64,000 nt of DNA from positions 62,001 through 126,000 of the forward strand of contig BAAIJX010000033.1 in the NCBI GenBank assembly GCA_054600435.1, written 5' to 3'. Below the pieces are notes generated by a model, which was given only the letters and a program-made list of their open reading frames with translations, was not told the DNA's origin and made no database searches. Every line of letters starts with the position of its first letter. Position 1 is the first letter of the stretch. Both the position numbers and the translations under genes were made by a program. Shown here one piece after another: positions 10,525 to 21,667 of the stretch. This stretch comes from Neophaeotheca triangularis. Its lineage: Eukaryota.

Positions 10525-12594
10525 TCAAACCTGCCCATCGAGCGTCAACCCCTTAGCCCTCTTTGCCAGCAATGAGCTGACATCCCCTTCGCTCTGCCTC
10601 TTCGCCGGTCGTTCGCGTAATGCATCGAGTATCGTCATGAGCGTGGTCCATCCTGTAGTACACGAACCAGTCAGCTTCTATCCAACAGAATCAACAAATA
10701 TAGAGACAAGGCGACGTGTGAGGGGGCTTTTATTACATGGTGCTCTCTAGTGTTACATCTGCAGAATAGTCTCGAGAGTGGCCCAACCTGGTGTTTGCAT
10801 AAGAGCAGCTCCTGTGGACGCATCATGGCTGGTCGCGGTCTGGCAGAGGAGGCGCATTTCGTCCTGCGAGCATGGGTTAGCAAGGAATTTCTGACGGCTG
10901 GAGGCATTAACGATGTGACTTACTTTGGAAAGGACGTCAAGCTTCTTGATGAAACACAGGAGGTGGAAATCGCTCACCGCGACGACACCTTGAGGCTGAT
11001 CCAACGAGACCCTGTCACTACCGGCACGAAGCGCCTTTTGAAGTTCGCGAGTCTCTTGTGTCTCCCCGATTATCTCCCTATTCTCAATTGAGAAGGCCTG
11101 CTTGATGAAGGCCGGTTGCGTCTCGTTCGGGAATCCGTGGGTCAGGGTGACAAGAAGGTATTCGACGGGGAACGAAGGCTTCGCGTTCTCCTGCACGCTC
11201 CGGCCATACTCATTGATGCGACGATAGAAGACTTCGGGAATATATCTCGTTTTCCCGAGCTGAATGTCCTCTTCCTCGTCTTGCACAAGCATGACGCTAG
11301 GGTCGGCCGAGGGCTCAATGATGTCTGCGCGTACCATTTCCACAGAAGAGTTGGTGGCCTGAAAGGCGGAGACGGTGATCTGGCCCTCTTCGTCTCCTGA
11401 GACCACGCATGTGACAAAATTGGATCCGAAACGGCCTGTCTCGCTCCACTTCGATGGTCGGGGGTATTGAGCCTGCAGTCGAGAGGCGAACATGATTTCC
11501 AGCGAAGAGAGATAGAAAGAGTCGATGTGGCGTTTGCAGACCGCATTTCCTTTCTCCGGATCCTCTGGGTTAACAAGGTCCGTGAAGATGACACCAACAC
11601 GTTGTAGGCCGCAGAGAGAAGCCGTCTCATCGACCGAGGCCTCATTCTCCCATTCTCCGAGTGTGACGCCGTCGATCTCATTGATCTGCGGAGGCTCATA
11701 GATAGCTTCCACAACTGCCTTGGTACCGAGAGGAACGGCGTCGTACTGCTCGTATTTGCCATAGAGGAAGCCTATCCGCTGCGCACCACCAGAATTCCGC
11801 CAAAAGCCTAGCAACCTGTCCACGATTTGTGGCGTAGCAAATTCAACATGGTCTACCATACGGTATTCTTGCGGCTGAAGTGTGATGGCGGAAGGTTGAC
11901 ACTTTGTACAGATGCCTGCTGGGAAGTTGGGATGCCCGGAAGGGCAGTTTGGTCGAACTCGGTAATAGGGTTCGCTTAGAGGTGGCATGTATGAGCTTCC
12001 CGATTCGTACTTGTTCTTGCCCTGGTTGAGCTTGCGCAGGTATGAGTGATAGGAAAGGTGCTTGATCTTCTTCTCGTCCAGGTAGTTCTTGTTGTAGGGC
12101 TCCAGGGGCATGCAGTAGTCGCACATTCCCTTAGGCCCGTGCCGACACATCTTCTCGTCCTTCTTCCGCACGATTTTGCCATCCTGCTGGTCCAACTTCT
12201 CATCGAGTGATGACTGCTTAACCGTCTCCCAAGGATTTTTGACATGCTCGTCTTTCGCTGCGGTGGGTATCGCGATGCTGTCCTCTGCGCTGACTTCTTT
12301 GCCATTCAGACGGTTCGCAGATGCTGAGTGGCCATTCGCAACCGGCGCCTCCTCGTCATAGTTCAGGAATATTTGTGTTCCATGAGTGAGTCCAAGCCTA
12401 CCGAACGTCACACCTTGGAGTGACTCTATCGTTCTTGAGTCTCCGCCGTGGGGCTTAGGGCTGATGGTGACAGATGAAGAGACGGTGTCCTTTGGAAGCT
12501 TTTCGAGGACGTCTGGAAGTATGGTTGAGATGTCGGTGGTAGGTTCGACAGTGAGTCGAAACTGGCCATTACGGCTCTGGAAGCGTAGTATCAT
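10525..12594 (-). CDS. NPL4: Nuclear protein localization protein 4 (Cdc48-Ufd1-Npl4 cofactor); intron 10864-10923; proximal stop at 10753 or alternative last exon 10525-10652 via intron 10653-10787
   Basis: [17 protein letters not shown]-terminus, zf-Npl4 ([28 protein letters not shown]) and MPN-like domain ([10 protein letters not shown]...VEAIYEPPQ). Canonical GTAAGT/GCTAAC/CAG intron. Confidence 0.96.
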
Positions 12595-12756
12595 TGTGGA
12601 GGGCGCGTCGAGGGTATAGGTATGGGAGGCGAAGCTTGAAAGCAAGCTGCTCGAGGAGAAGGCCGCCGTTCGCCGCTGGGTGGCTAGTTGGTATATACGT
12701 CGAGGTGATTGAGGGGGAGAGTTTTGGAGAGGAGGTGTCGGTATGTTCGGAGGTCT

Positions 12757-12785
12757 GGTAGAGGTAGAGGTAGAGGTAGAGGTAG
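12757..12785. repeat. (GTAGAG)n hexanucleotide repeat in the NPL4/SEC66 divergent promoter
   Basis: ggtagaggtagaggtagaggtagaggtag. Confidence 0.7.
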
Positions 12786-13237
12786 TAGCTAAAACGAAGT
12801 GATGGGTTCAGGTGAAGCTCGCAGATGCAACGGCATCATCAGACAAACGTCAAGCTAAGGTACCTTACCAGGTACTAGTAGTCCAAGCTGGAATGACGCT
12901 CAGGCACCCGCAAAAATCGCAACTACTAAGGTAGACGCTCTCGCACATGCAGCTCGGGAGCTAGCGATCCCGCTGCCGGCTCCATAAGGCAAGACGGTTT
13001 CACGGCAGTCTCCGCTGAGCCGCAAGTAAGAAGTAACGATCACCCGCGGGACTACTTTTGGGACAAGTGGTGCCTCCCTCTGCACATGCACGCTACTGTT
13101 TGATGAATGCCCAAGTTACAGCACACCTTTCCCTACATCGACACCAACTCCTTTCTCACGATACAATACCAAACTTGCAGATTTGACTGGCCATCATTCC
13201 ATCTATTCTGACCGTGCATGACACAAATTGATCCGTC

Positions 13238-14132
13238 ATGGAGAACGCGACCAACTTCACGGACTCTTTCAATAGCACAAATGGCACAGACGGCAATGGC
13301 ACATTCACTGGCTTCACACCACCTCCGAAACCTTTCTGGTCCGGTCTCCCGTTGACTATTTCTTATCTCACCATCCTCCTTGGCTCTCTGTACGCCTTCT
13401 CATCGCTCTACCGGAAACGACAACTTGCACGCCAAGCATCTCTCGAGCCCTGGTTCCCAAGACATCTCTCTCGCGACATCTACCATTCCCTGCTCCACAT
13501 GGACCCCGAAGAGGCAAGCGCTGGGAATGGCGAGAAGAAGCTGAAGAATGTACCGGACTCGGTCTTGAAGGCAGCGTTGATGCAGCGGGCTCTCGAGGAT
13601 ATTCAGCGCATACTACAGCTGCGGACAAGCAAGCAGGCATTACAAACGCTGGTGCAGCGAGGCAGCATAGGAGACGATCTGTGGCAACGATTTCAAAGAG
13701 CGGAGCAAGAGATGGAGGATGAAGTTAAGGACGTTGCGAGCGAGGTGAGCATATGCTTCGGATCTAGATTCTTGCAGAGCTTTGGCTAATGTGTGGAACT
13801 TCTAGGCAAATGCGTATAGCGCTGGCTGGGGTCAAGTTATCTTTCAGTCTGCCAACGAAATGAACCAGAACATCATGATCAGGGAAAGGACTGCTGAGAT
13901 TCTCGCTGGCTTGGAGGCCGAGAAGGAGTGGTGGGATGCAAAGAAGGCTGGCATTCAATCGGAGTTCATGAAGGAACTCGACGAGGATGCAGCAGAGAGC
14001 AAGACGGAGGATATTGTAGCGGCCCCTAAGAAGACTGGTAGTGACGACGATGCCGTGCTGGTCGAAGCAGGTGGACCTGGGACACCACAAGGAGGTGGAG
14101 CGGGGGGAAAGAAGAAAAAGGGTAAAAAATAG
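13238..14132 (+). CDS. SEC66: Translocation protein Sec66/Sec71; intron 13745-13805
   Basis: N-glycosylated lumenal N-terminus, one TM, LEPWFPRHLSRDIY, LKAALMQRALEDIQRI. Splicing gives EANAYSAGWGQVIFQSANEM. Confidence 0.93.
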
Positions 14133-14459
14133 AGGGAGAGATCGTGATACTCCGAGCATGGGCGTTGAGGCTCTGGGAAGGTTTGTGGGGCCAGCATCGT
14201 ATCGGCGTTACGGTGTTGGGTGGCGCCTCGAGTGTTGAAGAGGGCAGCCTGACTTGAGCAGCATCAGCTGTGATATGAGAGACGCCTTGTAGTAACAGCC
14301 AAAGCAGTGTCGATGCACTCAAACTCGAAACTGTGCAGAGCTCCGTTCACCGGAGGACCACAGTACTACGTAACGTGCCTAAGTCACGGTCTGATGAAGA
14401 TGTAAGAACTGGGTAGCTCTCGGTCGCACGCAATCAGACTTGTCCGATACCAGTGTCAA

Positions 14460-14660
14460 GTACTAGTAACACAACATTGGTCCTACCTATACTACCCTTA
14501 GAAAACGAGACCTTTACGGAAACTATAAAGAAGCTTAGAGGACCTCGCCGAGTTTAGAAGGGGGGTGATGTTATAGTTTGAACCTACGACCTTGAGGCCG
14601 AAGCGCTAGAAACGCCGGCTGCACACTTCCCTTCCTACAGCTACAGTGACACCGACAACA
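14460..14660 (+). mobile_element. Possible RIP-degraded Gypsy-type remnant (polypurine tract plus short LTR-like segment); alternatively a tRNA-like/SINE relic on the minus strand
   Basis: TpA-rich stretch ending GAAGGGGGGTGA, followed directly by TGTTATAG at 14569 (TGTCACAG after reversing CpA->TpA) and a matching CAGTGACA at 14644-14651. Confidence 0.3.
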
Positions 14661-15033
14661 CCGCTCTCACGCCCGACCTTTAATTCTTCTAAACACAGGT
14701 AGGTGTTCGTGTGGCGTTGGTGCTTTGGTGGACTCTAGCACGCGCTTCCATCTGGATCTGCAGTCGAGTCTTCGCCGTTGCGCCACGCGTCGTCGTCGTC
14801 GCAAAGGGCTCTTACGCCTGGAGTGGCACCAAATGTTGCCACGCTCGACGCCGCTGGAACTGCCTAAAACTTCAACCTCACAGCTCGAAGCACCGGTGCG
14901 GGTGCATACCACCTCGAGATATCGCAACATTCGTCTTGTCGCTTTCCGTAGGCGTTGCTCACTTCCAACAAGTCGGCACGTCACGGGCTCGCATCGTCTC
15001 TTCCCATAGCCATCAGTCGCCGCCACCATCAGC

Positions 15034-16575
15034 ATGAGCGTGCCCAGATACTCCGACCGAAACCGCGCCACGGCCGACGGCGGTCCTAAAGGAGTTGTCC
15101 GATCGTCAGCCTCGCAATATAGGGAGTTCGAGCCGCTGTTCTCGACATACGAGCATCTTCAAGGTCTACCTCGATCCGACACCGCTCTTGAGATGCTCCG
15201 GAAGGTTGCGTCACTGGTCAAACCTATCATGCGAAAGCGTAACTGGCGTGTCCAAGTCCTGACAGAGTTCCTTCCGACGGAAGCTAATCTATTGGGCCTC
15301 AATATCAACAAAGGCTACAAGATCTGCATTAGGCTCAGGTATCACAATAATCCAGACTTGTTCCTGCCACTCGAAGAAGTGGTCGACACCATGCTCCACG
15401 AACTTTCTCACAATGTGTGGGGTGATCACGACAGCAAGTTTCATGCATTGTGGGAAGAGCTAAGAGACGAGCACGAAACTCTGGTGCGCAAGGGCTACAG
15501 TGGTGAAGGCTTTTTGGGCGAGGGACGCAAGCTCGGTGGTCGCACCAACAACAGACTACCACAGCACGAGATGCGTAGGCTTGCCCGAGCAAATGCTGAG
15601 AAGCGCAAGGCCACCGGCATCCTCGTGAAAGGCTCTGGTCAGAAGCTAGGTGGTACGCCGCTTCATCACGGGCAGGATATCCGACAAGTGATCGTTGACC
15701 GCGTGATCCGCCGCAACGCCATCGATCAAGGTTGCGGCTCCGGCAGGAAAGATGCTGGTAAAATATCCGATCGTAACGACGAACAAACGTTCAAGACCAA
15801 GGCCGAAGAAGACGATGCGAATGATAGAGCCATCTCGCAAGCTCTTTTCGATTTAATAGAAGAAGAAGAGGATCGCAAGATGCAGGGCACTTTTCAGGAA
15901 CCCCCAGCTGGTGGCGGTCTCGCTTGGAGTCGTGAGCAAGGCCTGTATCACGCCGGTGGTAGTGAACAAAGTGAAGGGCGAGGCTCCGGGCATCCGAGCG
16001 AGGAGGAGCAGATGAAATGGGCCTTGCAGGAAAGCACGCAGACCACGCCGCATGGTGAGCCAGGCGACCCCATAGCGTCCAGTACCTTTCTCAAGTCAAA
16101 GCCACCTGCATCTGTAGTCTCAAGCAGGACTGCCTCGACTACGGGTAGCGTGCGTGGCGAGGAAAGCTCTACTAACAAAAGGCCTCGAACGAATGCGGAC
16201 CCAATCGGGTCAGCCAAGGGTGAGCCAGCCCCTGGGAACGCAGTCATCGATCTTACCGAGCCATTCATCCCGGATTCGAGCGGTACTACTGACCAGTGGA
16301 CATGCGAAATCTGCACCTGCATCAATCCCAACCAATTCCTCGCTTGCGATGCCTGTGGCGTCGAGAGGCCCGAACATTCCACCAAAGAAGCAGCAAGAAG
16401 TTCGAGCCGACCGGCCAAAAGAAAGCCTACTGCGACGAGTCTAGGTCCACCCCCGAAGCCAGCAACGCCTGCCTCGAACGAAAGTCTGGGTTGGAGTTGT
16501 CACGATTGCGGAGCTTTCATGGAGCATAAGTGGTGGACCTGCTCCGCGTGCGGTACTATGAAGGCATCGAGCTAG
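15034..16575 (+). CDS. WSS1: WLM-domain DNA-protein crosslink metalloprotease with two RanBP2-type zinc fingers
   Basis: HELSH (HExxH) in LLGLNINKGYKICIRLR...TMLHELSHNVWGDHD, SHP-like boxes (FLGEGRKLGG), SIM-like VIDLT, WTCEICTCIN...CDACG and WSCHDC...WTCSACG. Confidence 0.92.
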   Translation: MSVPRYSDRNRATADGGPKGVVRSSASQYREFEPLFSTYEHLQGLPRSDTALEMLRKVASLVKPIMRKRNWRVQVLTEFLPTEANLLGLNINKGYKICIRLRYHNNPDLFLPLEEVVDTMLHELSHNVWGDHDSKFHALWEELRDEHETLVRKGYSGEGFLGEGRKLGGRTNNRLPQHEMRRLARANAEKRKATGILVKGSGQKLGGTPLHHGQDIRQVIVDRVIRRNAIDQGCGSGRKDAGKISDRNDEQTFKTKAEEDDANDRAISQALFDLIEEEEDRKMQGTFQEPPAGGGLAWSREQGLYHAGGSEQSEGRGSGHPSEEEQMKWALQESTQTTPHGEPGDPIASSTFLKSKPPASVVSSRTASTTGSVRGEESSTNKRPRTNADPIGSAKGEPAPGNAVIDLTEPFIPDSSGTTDQWTCEICTCINPNQFLACDACGVERPEHSTKEAARSSSRPAKRKPTATSLGPPPKPATPASNESLGWSCHDCGAFMEHKWWTCSACGTMKASS

Positions 16576-17247
16576 AGGAAGGAGCTTGCCTCAAAAATAC
16601 GATATACGATACTCAGCCGACACGTGAGTCTGATAGCTCCATCACCCCCCCGGTCGGATCTTTTTGTGAGCGCTTTTTTCAGCAGGATCGGGCAAAAGCT
16701 TGTGGCGCTCCACAAGAACGTGGCATCTCTCAGTCAGAGAGCGGCACAGAGAAAGGAATTTGCATCGGATCCAGCCTCGTGCATTTACACGAGAAGTGGG
16801 CTTACGTATTCCCGGGGTGATACCAGTCTCTCTATACTCTGGTTAGCCATTTGCGAGCGCTACGGTTACTAGGAGTGGAACCAAACAGAAGGATGGTCGA
16901 CTCCAAGTCTGCCCGGCATTTGATGCTTGCTTTCGCATAGGAGTGTAGCTCCTGCTTCTAAACTCAGTGACCTCCCAGCGCTGGAAGACGATCGCTAAAG
17001 CACAGCAGGTACCTAGCGCGGTACACCTCAAGACTCACACTTAGCCTAGATACAGAGCGGCAACGAAAGATATGACTTCCAGATTGCTTCGTATGTTCAC
17101 AGCTACAGTTGAAATTCTTTCATTACCGCACGCATCGCATAATCCCTAACTCAAGTGGTATCATCCAATGCGCCGCCAGACCCAAATCCATGCTGCGCCA
17201 TTTGCGTACATCAAAGCAGTCCAAAATCGCCCAAATTAAATGACTCC

Positions 17248-18549
17248 TCATTGTGTTCCACCTTCACCTCCCCCCTTCTTCGCTTTTTTAGATTTGACCG
17301 CGTATTTGCAAGTACGCATTGGAGCTCCCGCTGCAGCAAGTACGTGCGGGAACCTTCTGCCGCGAACCCGAGCTCTTTCGTAGTCGTGCTTGACTTTGGG
17401 GTCTACGCCCTCTTCCCCTCTCTCTAAACATTGACGCAGGTATTCGACGGCGATTGAGGGAGGGGGAACGGGCGATTCCGGGTCGCTTAGCGGTGAGCCG
17501 CGAATCGGGAGCAGCCAGTCCCATGGGTATCTTCCCATCACTTGCTCGAGGTTGGCGACGACTCCCATGTCGAAGGGGTTGGTACCTTCAGGCGTCTTTA
17601 TGAGTTTGTAACCGGCAGGGAGAGTCTGTGGTTGATCGTCTGACGAGTCGGATGGCGAAGTGGTCGTGGAGAGATCCGTGTCGGTCTTTGGCGAGCAGCG
17701 GATCGCCAGTGTCCATACCGCGTCTTTTTGGTGCACGTTCTCCAGTGTCGTCAGATTGTTGCCCGCGCACAATATCCCACTGGTGCCAGTCCCTCCTGCC
17801 AAAAGCACGAAGAAGACTCCCAGACCCATTGTCACTCCCATGTTGACCGTCCTCGCGTATTCAGTAACCTGGTGGTCGAGATAGAAGCCCGTGATGATCA
17901 TGGCGTACAGGCTGAACAGAGCAGCGTAGACATCGAATTGAATGAAGAACTTGAAGTTCCTCTGGCTCACGATGCCTCCCACCCATGGACAGTAATGATC
18001 CAGTCTGCTGACGCAGTAGCCGATGTCTTTGAGGTGATGCGCGCGGTCCGGCTTCCAAATCTGACAGGTCTCGCACCATTTCGGTTTGCCGTCTTCGGTT
18101 GAAACGTAGAAGTCCTGACTCTGGATGCTTTCGAGCGAAGGTGCTGGACGGACATAGCGAGGATACCAATCGCCTTTTAGCCTCCGCCACTCTCCCTGAC
18201 TCTTGCCCTGCTTCTCCTGGTCGTCGTGCGGCCCAAAAGGTGCGAGAAACCCGGCGTCAAAGCATCCGTGCCAAATGCAGCGTAGGAATGAGGTCACCAT
18301 GAGTGTCCAAAGTACCATGAAGATGGTCAGTATGACGGAGCCTTCTGTAACCCTGCTGTGTTCCGGACTCGCATTATCTGGATAAAGGAGGAAGTCGACT
18401 GAGTTGTCTCGTCAGTCTTAAACTGGAGTTTTATCTGATGTTAATGCAAGCATACCAACAAGTGCTACGACAACGGCGTAAGTGACATAGGCCACGATCA
18501 GGACCAAGAAGACCGGCGCCAGCCTGGCTCCCCATTGCATTGCCGACAT
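17248..18549 (-). CDS. PFA5: DHHC-type palmitoyltransferase, Pfa5-like; intron 18399-18455
   Basis: WCETCQIWKPDRAHH...CVSRLDHYCPWVGG, TTLEN motif, NPFDMG, four TM segments. The spliced first exon MSAMQWGARLAPVFLVLIVAY joins in frame. Confidence 0.85.
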
Positions 18550-19276
18550 GGCTCTATGATGTCGATTGATGCAGAGGCAAGCAGAAGCTGTGCCTGGATA
18601 GGGGTTTAGTTGGGGTGGATGAAGTGAAGAAGACTAGCGCCATTTCCCTTGCAAAGAAATGAACAGAGTGGGTGTGTACAAAGACAAAAGGAGGGAAGGA
18701 AAAGAAAGGGGAGAGAAAAGAAAAGAAAAGAGAGGCACGGAAGAGGGAGGAGGGTGGGCAAGTTGGCTGGTTTGCGTCCGTCCAACAACAAGGTAGGGTA
18801 TCTACTATCTACTCCAAGGTATGTACTGCATTGAGCGTGTGCCGAGCGTTGTGTTGACGTTGTGGCAAGCTACATGTACTAGTAGTGACGTTAAGTTACC
18901 GTAGTTACTAGTAAAGATTGATAGATTGCAAGCTTGACGAGATGTCACAGGTCTTGGAAGCTTGCAAGGAGCAGCCAAGGCGGGCGATGTAGCCGCTCTA
19001 TACATATATATATAACGAGGCAAAGGAAAAGCCAAGGTTATCAAGGTACACCTGCATCGTAAGAACGAGTACATAATGCCTTTAAAACCAAATCAGATTT
19101 AGCTGGATATGTTTCTAATACATCAAATCCGGTCAAGGTTCGCTCTGCGATGCCACGATATCTACCGTCTTTCTCATCAAGATCACGTGCCTTTCAGACC
19201 CTCTTAATACGTCTTCTGAACACGGAAATGCTTTGATGTCTTCGCAAAATCACCACGCTAGCAGAAGAAAAGTAAA

Positions 19277-20174
19277 ATGTCTCAAGAGGGTGACTTGTGG
19301 CTCTTCGGCTATGGGTGGGTATGCCTACATAGTACATTGATCTCTTGTGCGATTCTGACCCTAAGTAAAGGTCCTTGATCTGGAAACCACCACCACACTA
19401 CGGTAGCTTGAGACCCCAAAAGGCCCCGGAGAGTTCGTAACTGCTAAGCCAAGGCAGATCTCAGAGTTCCGGGTTATATCGAAGGCTATGTTCGCCGGTT
19501 CTGGCAGGTATGAAGCTTGAAATGAACCAGGCACCACGATTATGAAAGCTGAGACTGGAAATTGACAGGCTAGGTAATTTCAACCCTACTAGCACTACCA
19601 TCAGAAGTTGCCCAGTGTTGACGGCAAACATAGCGAGGACCACCGTGGCACTCCGGAAGCCCCTGGTCGCGTAGCTACGCTCATTGACCGCAAGCTATGG
19701 GAGACCCTCACAGATCACCATGCTTCAGCACCGCCTCGAGTCTGGGGCGCCGCATACCGCATCCCTGCCCCCAAGGTAGCGGAAGTGCGCGAATACCTCA
19801 ACATCCGCGAAATCAATGGCTATAGCATGCAGTACACGCCTTTTACCAAGCCCAAGGAAAAAGCGGATGACATGTCTGCCCACTACGCTACCGTACATAC
19901 CGCTAAAGATGCCGCCAACAGAGTACCCGAGAACATCGAGTGCCTCGTGTACATTGGTCTGCCGGACAACCCTCAATTCCTTGGGCCGCAGGAACCTGAA
20001 GCGTTGGCTAGGCATATCGTCAAGTCGCGTGGACCCAGTGGCGAGAATAAGGATTATCTCTACCACCTTGAGACGGCCTTGGTGGGGCTGAGTGAGGAGA
20101 GTGGGGACGAGCATGTCAGTGACTTGGCCAGACGATGTCGGCAGATCGAGCAGCAAAATGCTGCAGCATCTTAA
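19277..20174 (+). CDS. GCG1: ChaC-family glutathione-specific gamma-glutamylcyclotransferase; introns 19315-19370, 19403-19457, 19508-19568, 19574-19633
   Basis: The spliced product reads [52 protein letters not shown] ... YLNIREINGY ... GPSGENKDY, all ChaC hallmarks. Confidence 0.93.
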
Positions 20175-20447
20175 AGGCTCTGGGGCTGAGCTTGTTGGGA
20201 GGAATTGGCGTTAGACAAGCATTCTCTGTAGCAGGTGAAGTTGACGGGACGTCAGGTCTCTACTAGCATTGTGCCTTCGGGTGTTTCGTCCGTAGCGAAG
20301 GCGTGCTTGTCCCCCGATTGAAGGCGGGAGCTATTGAAACTGAAATCATATGCATTCTTACAGAGAAATAGCTAGGTATTAGCTCAGCCAACCCCTAATC
20401 AACGCCATGCAATACCCTTTCTTACAGTTTAGGCTCCTCAAACTGTT

Positions 20448-21667
20448 CTACCTCTTAGCTGTAGGTCCACCGACTCCGGCACCAATGACGCTTGGCAACT
20501 CCTCGCTACCCATGCTCACCAGGTTGCCTACAGCGAAGCTGATCAAACCTATCAAGCCGACGGTGAACAGTGCAAGCAGCCAGAAGGCAGTGCTGACATC
20601 CTGCTTCTGGCATGCCGGCCCACTCCAATAAGTAGTCTTCCTCTTCTCGTCAGAACCCTCCACGCTAGCCTTGCATGCACACTGGTAGCAAGGGATGCCG
20701 GAATCACTGTCGACGTCCTTGTTGGTGTATGCAAGAGAGCATGATCCGTGCCCTGTGCAGTTGTTGGTGGTGGATTCGCACGAGGATTTCGAGGAAAAGC
20801 AGGCTGGGAGGATACCCGGGAGGGGCTCGGATTGGTTGGAAGACTTGAAGGAGGTCACGGGAGCAGTGCTAGATTCTACCGAGCCCATGGCGGTCGACGA
20901 AGTCTCTGGCTCTGGCTCCAACGGCTTCTCGGTGCTAGATTGCTGGCGCTTTCGAAGCATCGCCTCGGCGTTGGGCATGCTGTAAGTACCCCAGCTACTC
21001 TTCTTGTCGCCGCCGTGAGTTGGCAGGAGCAGGGCAGTGACACTGTAAGACTTTGAGAGAACAGCAGTCGACCATGCTTGCTCGAACGCATCCATATCCT
21101 TCGCAATGACGAACATGTCTCCGTCGATAACAGTCATGGGGTGTGAGATACTAGGGCTGAGCTGCTCTTTGACTTGGTCGTCGGACATGGAGGAGAAAGC
21201 GGCGGGCAATCGCTGGCGAGCGAAATCCACGAAGAGGCCCTCATTCGCTTCAGTTGAGGGGTAAGAGGCGATATCGAAGGCGCGTTCGGGGAACTTCGCA
21301 GACAATACTAGTACTCATGTTAGCAGAAGGCAGAGCTCGTCAAGTCTTAATCTGTCTTACCATCATCTTCAGAGCTCTCGAGAATTATAATCGCAGTCTT
21401 CAATCCCTCGCCTTGCCCGAACAAATGGCTAGGCCGACCATAGTCATTCAGAGCGCTTATGCTTTGCTCGTCCAACTCCTCCGGACTGTGAAAGTCCTCC
21501 AGCCCCAGTCTCTGTGCCATCACCAACCTCGCGACCTCTGGCGATAACGATCTCGGCTCGGGTGTTGCGGGACCATCAGCCTGTGGATTGTATGTGTAGA
21601 CAGCTCCTGTAGCTGCTGCTGCCAGACGAGTTGCGCATGCCAGCGCGGGCAGGTATGTGAACCTCAT
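20448..21667 (-). CDS. DUF3844/Vps3844-like type I membrane protein; intron 21308-21360
   Basis: Signal peptide MRFTYLPALACA, ARLVMAQRLGL, Cys-rich CFSSKSSCESTTNNCTGHGSC...WSGPACQKQDVS, C-terminal TM, ELPSVIGAGV. Confidence 0.85.

Noticed and set aside
14697..15009. Possible 5'-UTR intron of WSS1 (CAG|GTAGGT...CCCATAG)
   Set aside because: Plausible, but there is no strong branch site near the acceptor and no reading-frame constraint to test it; needs RNA-seq.
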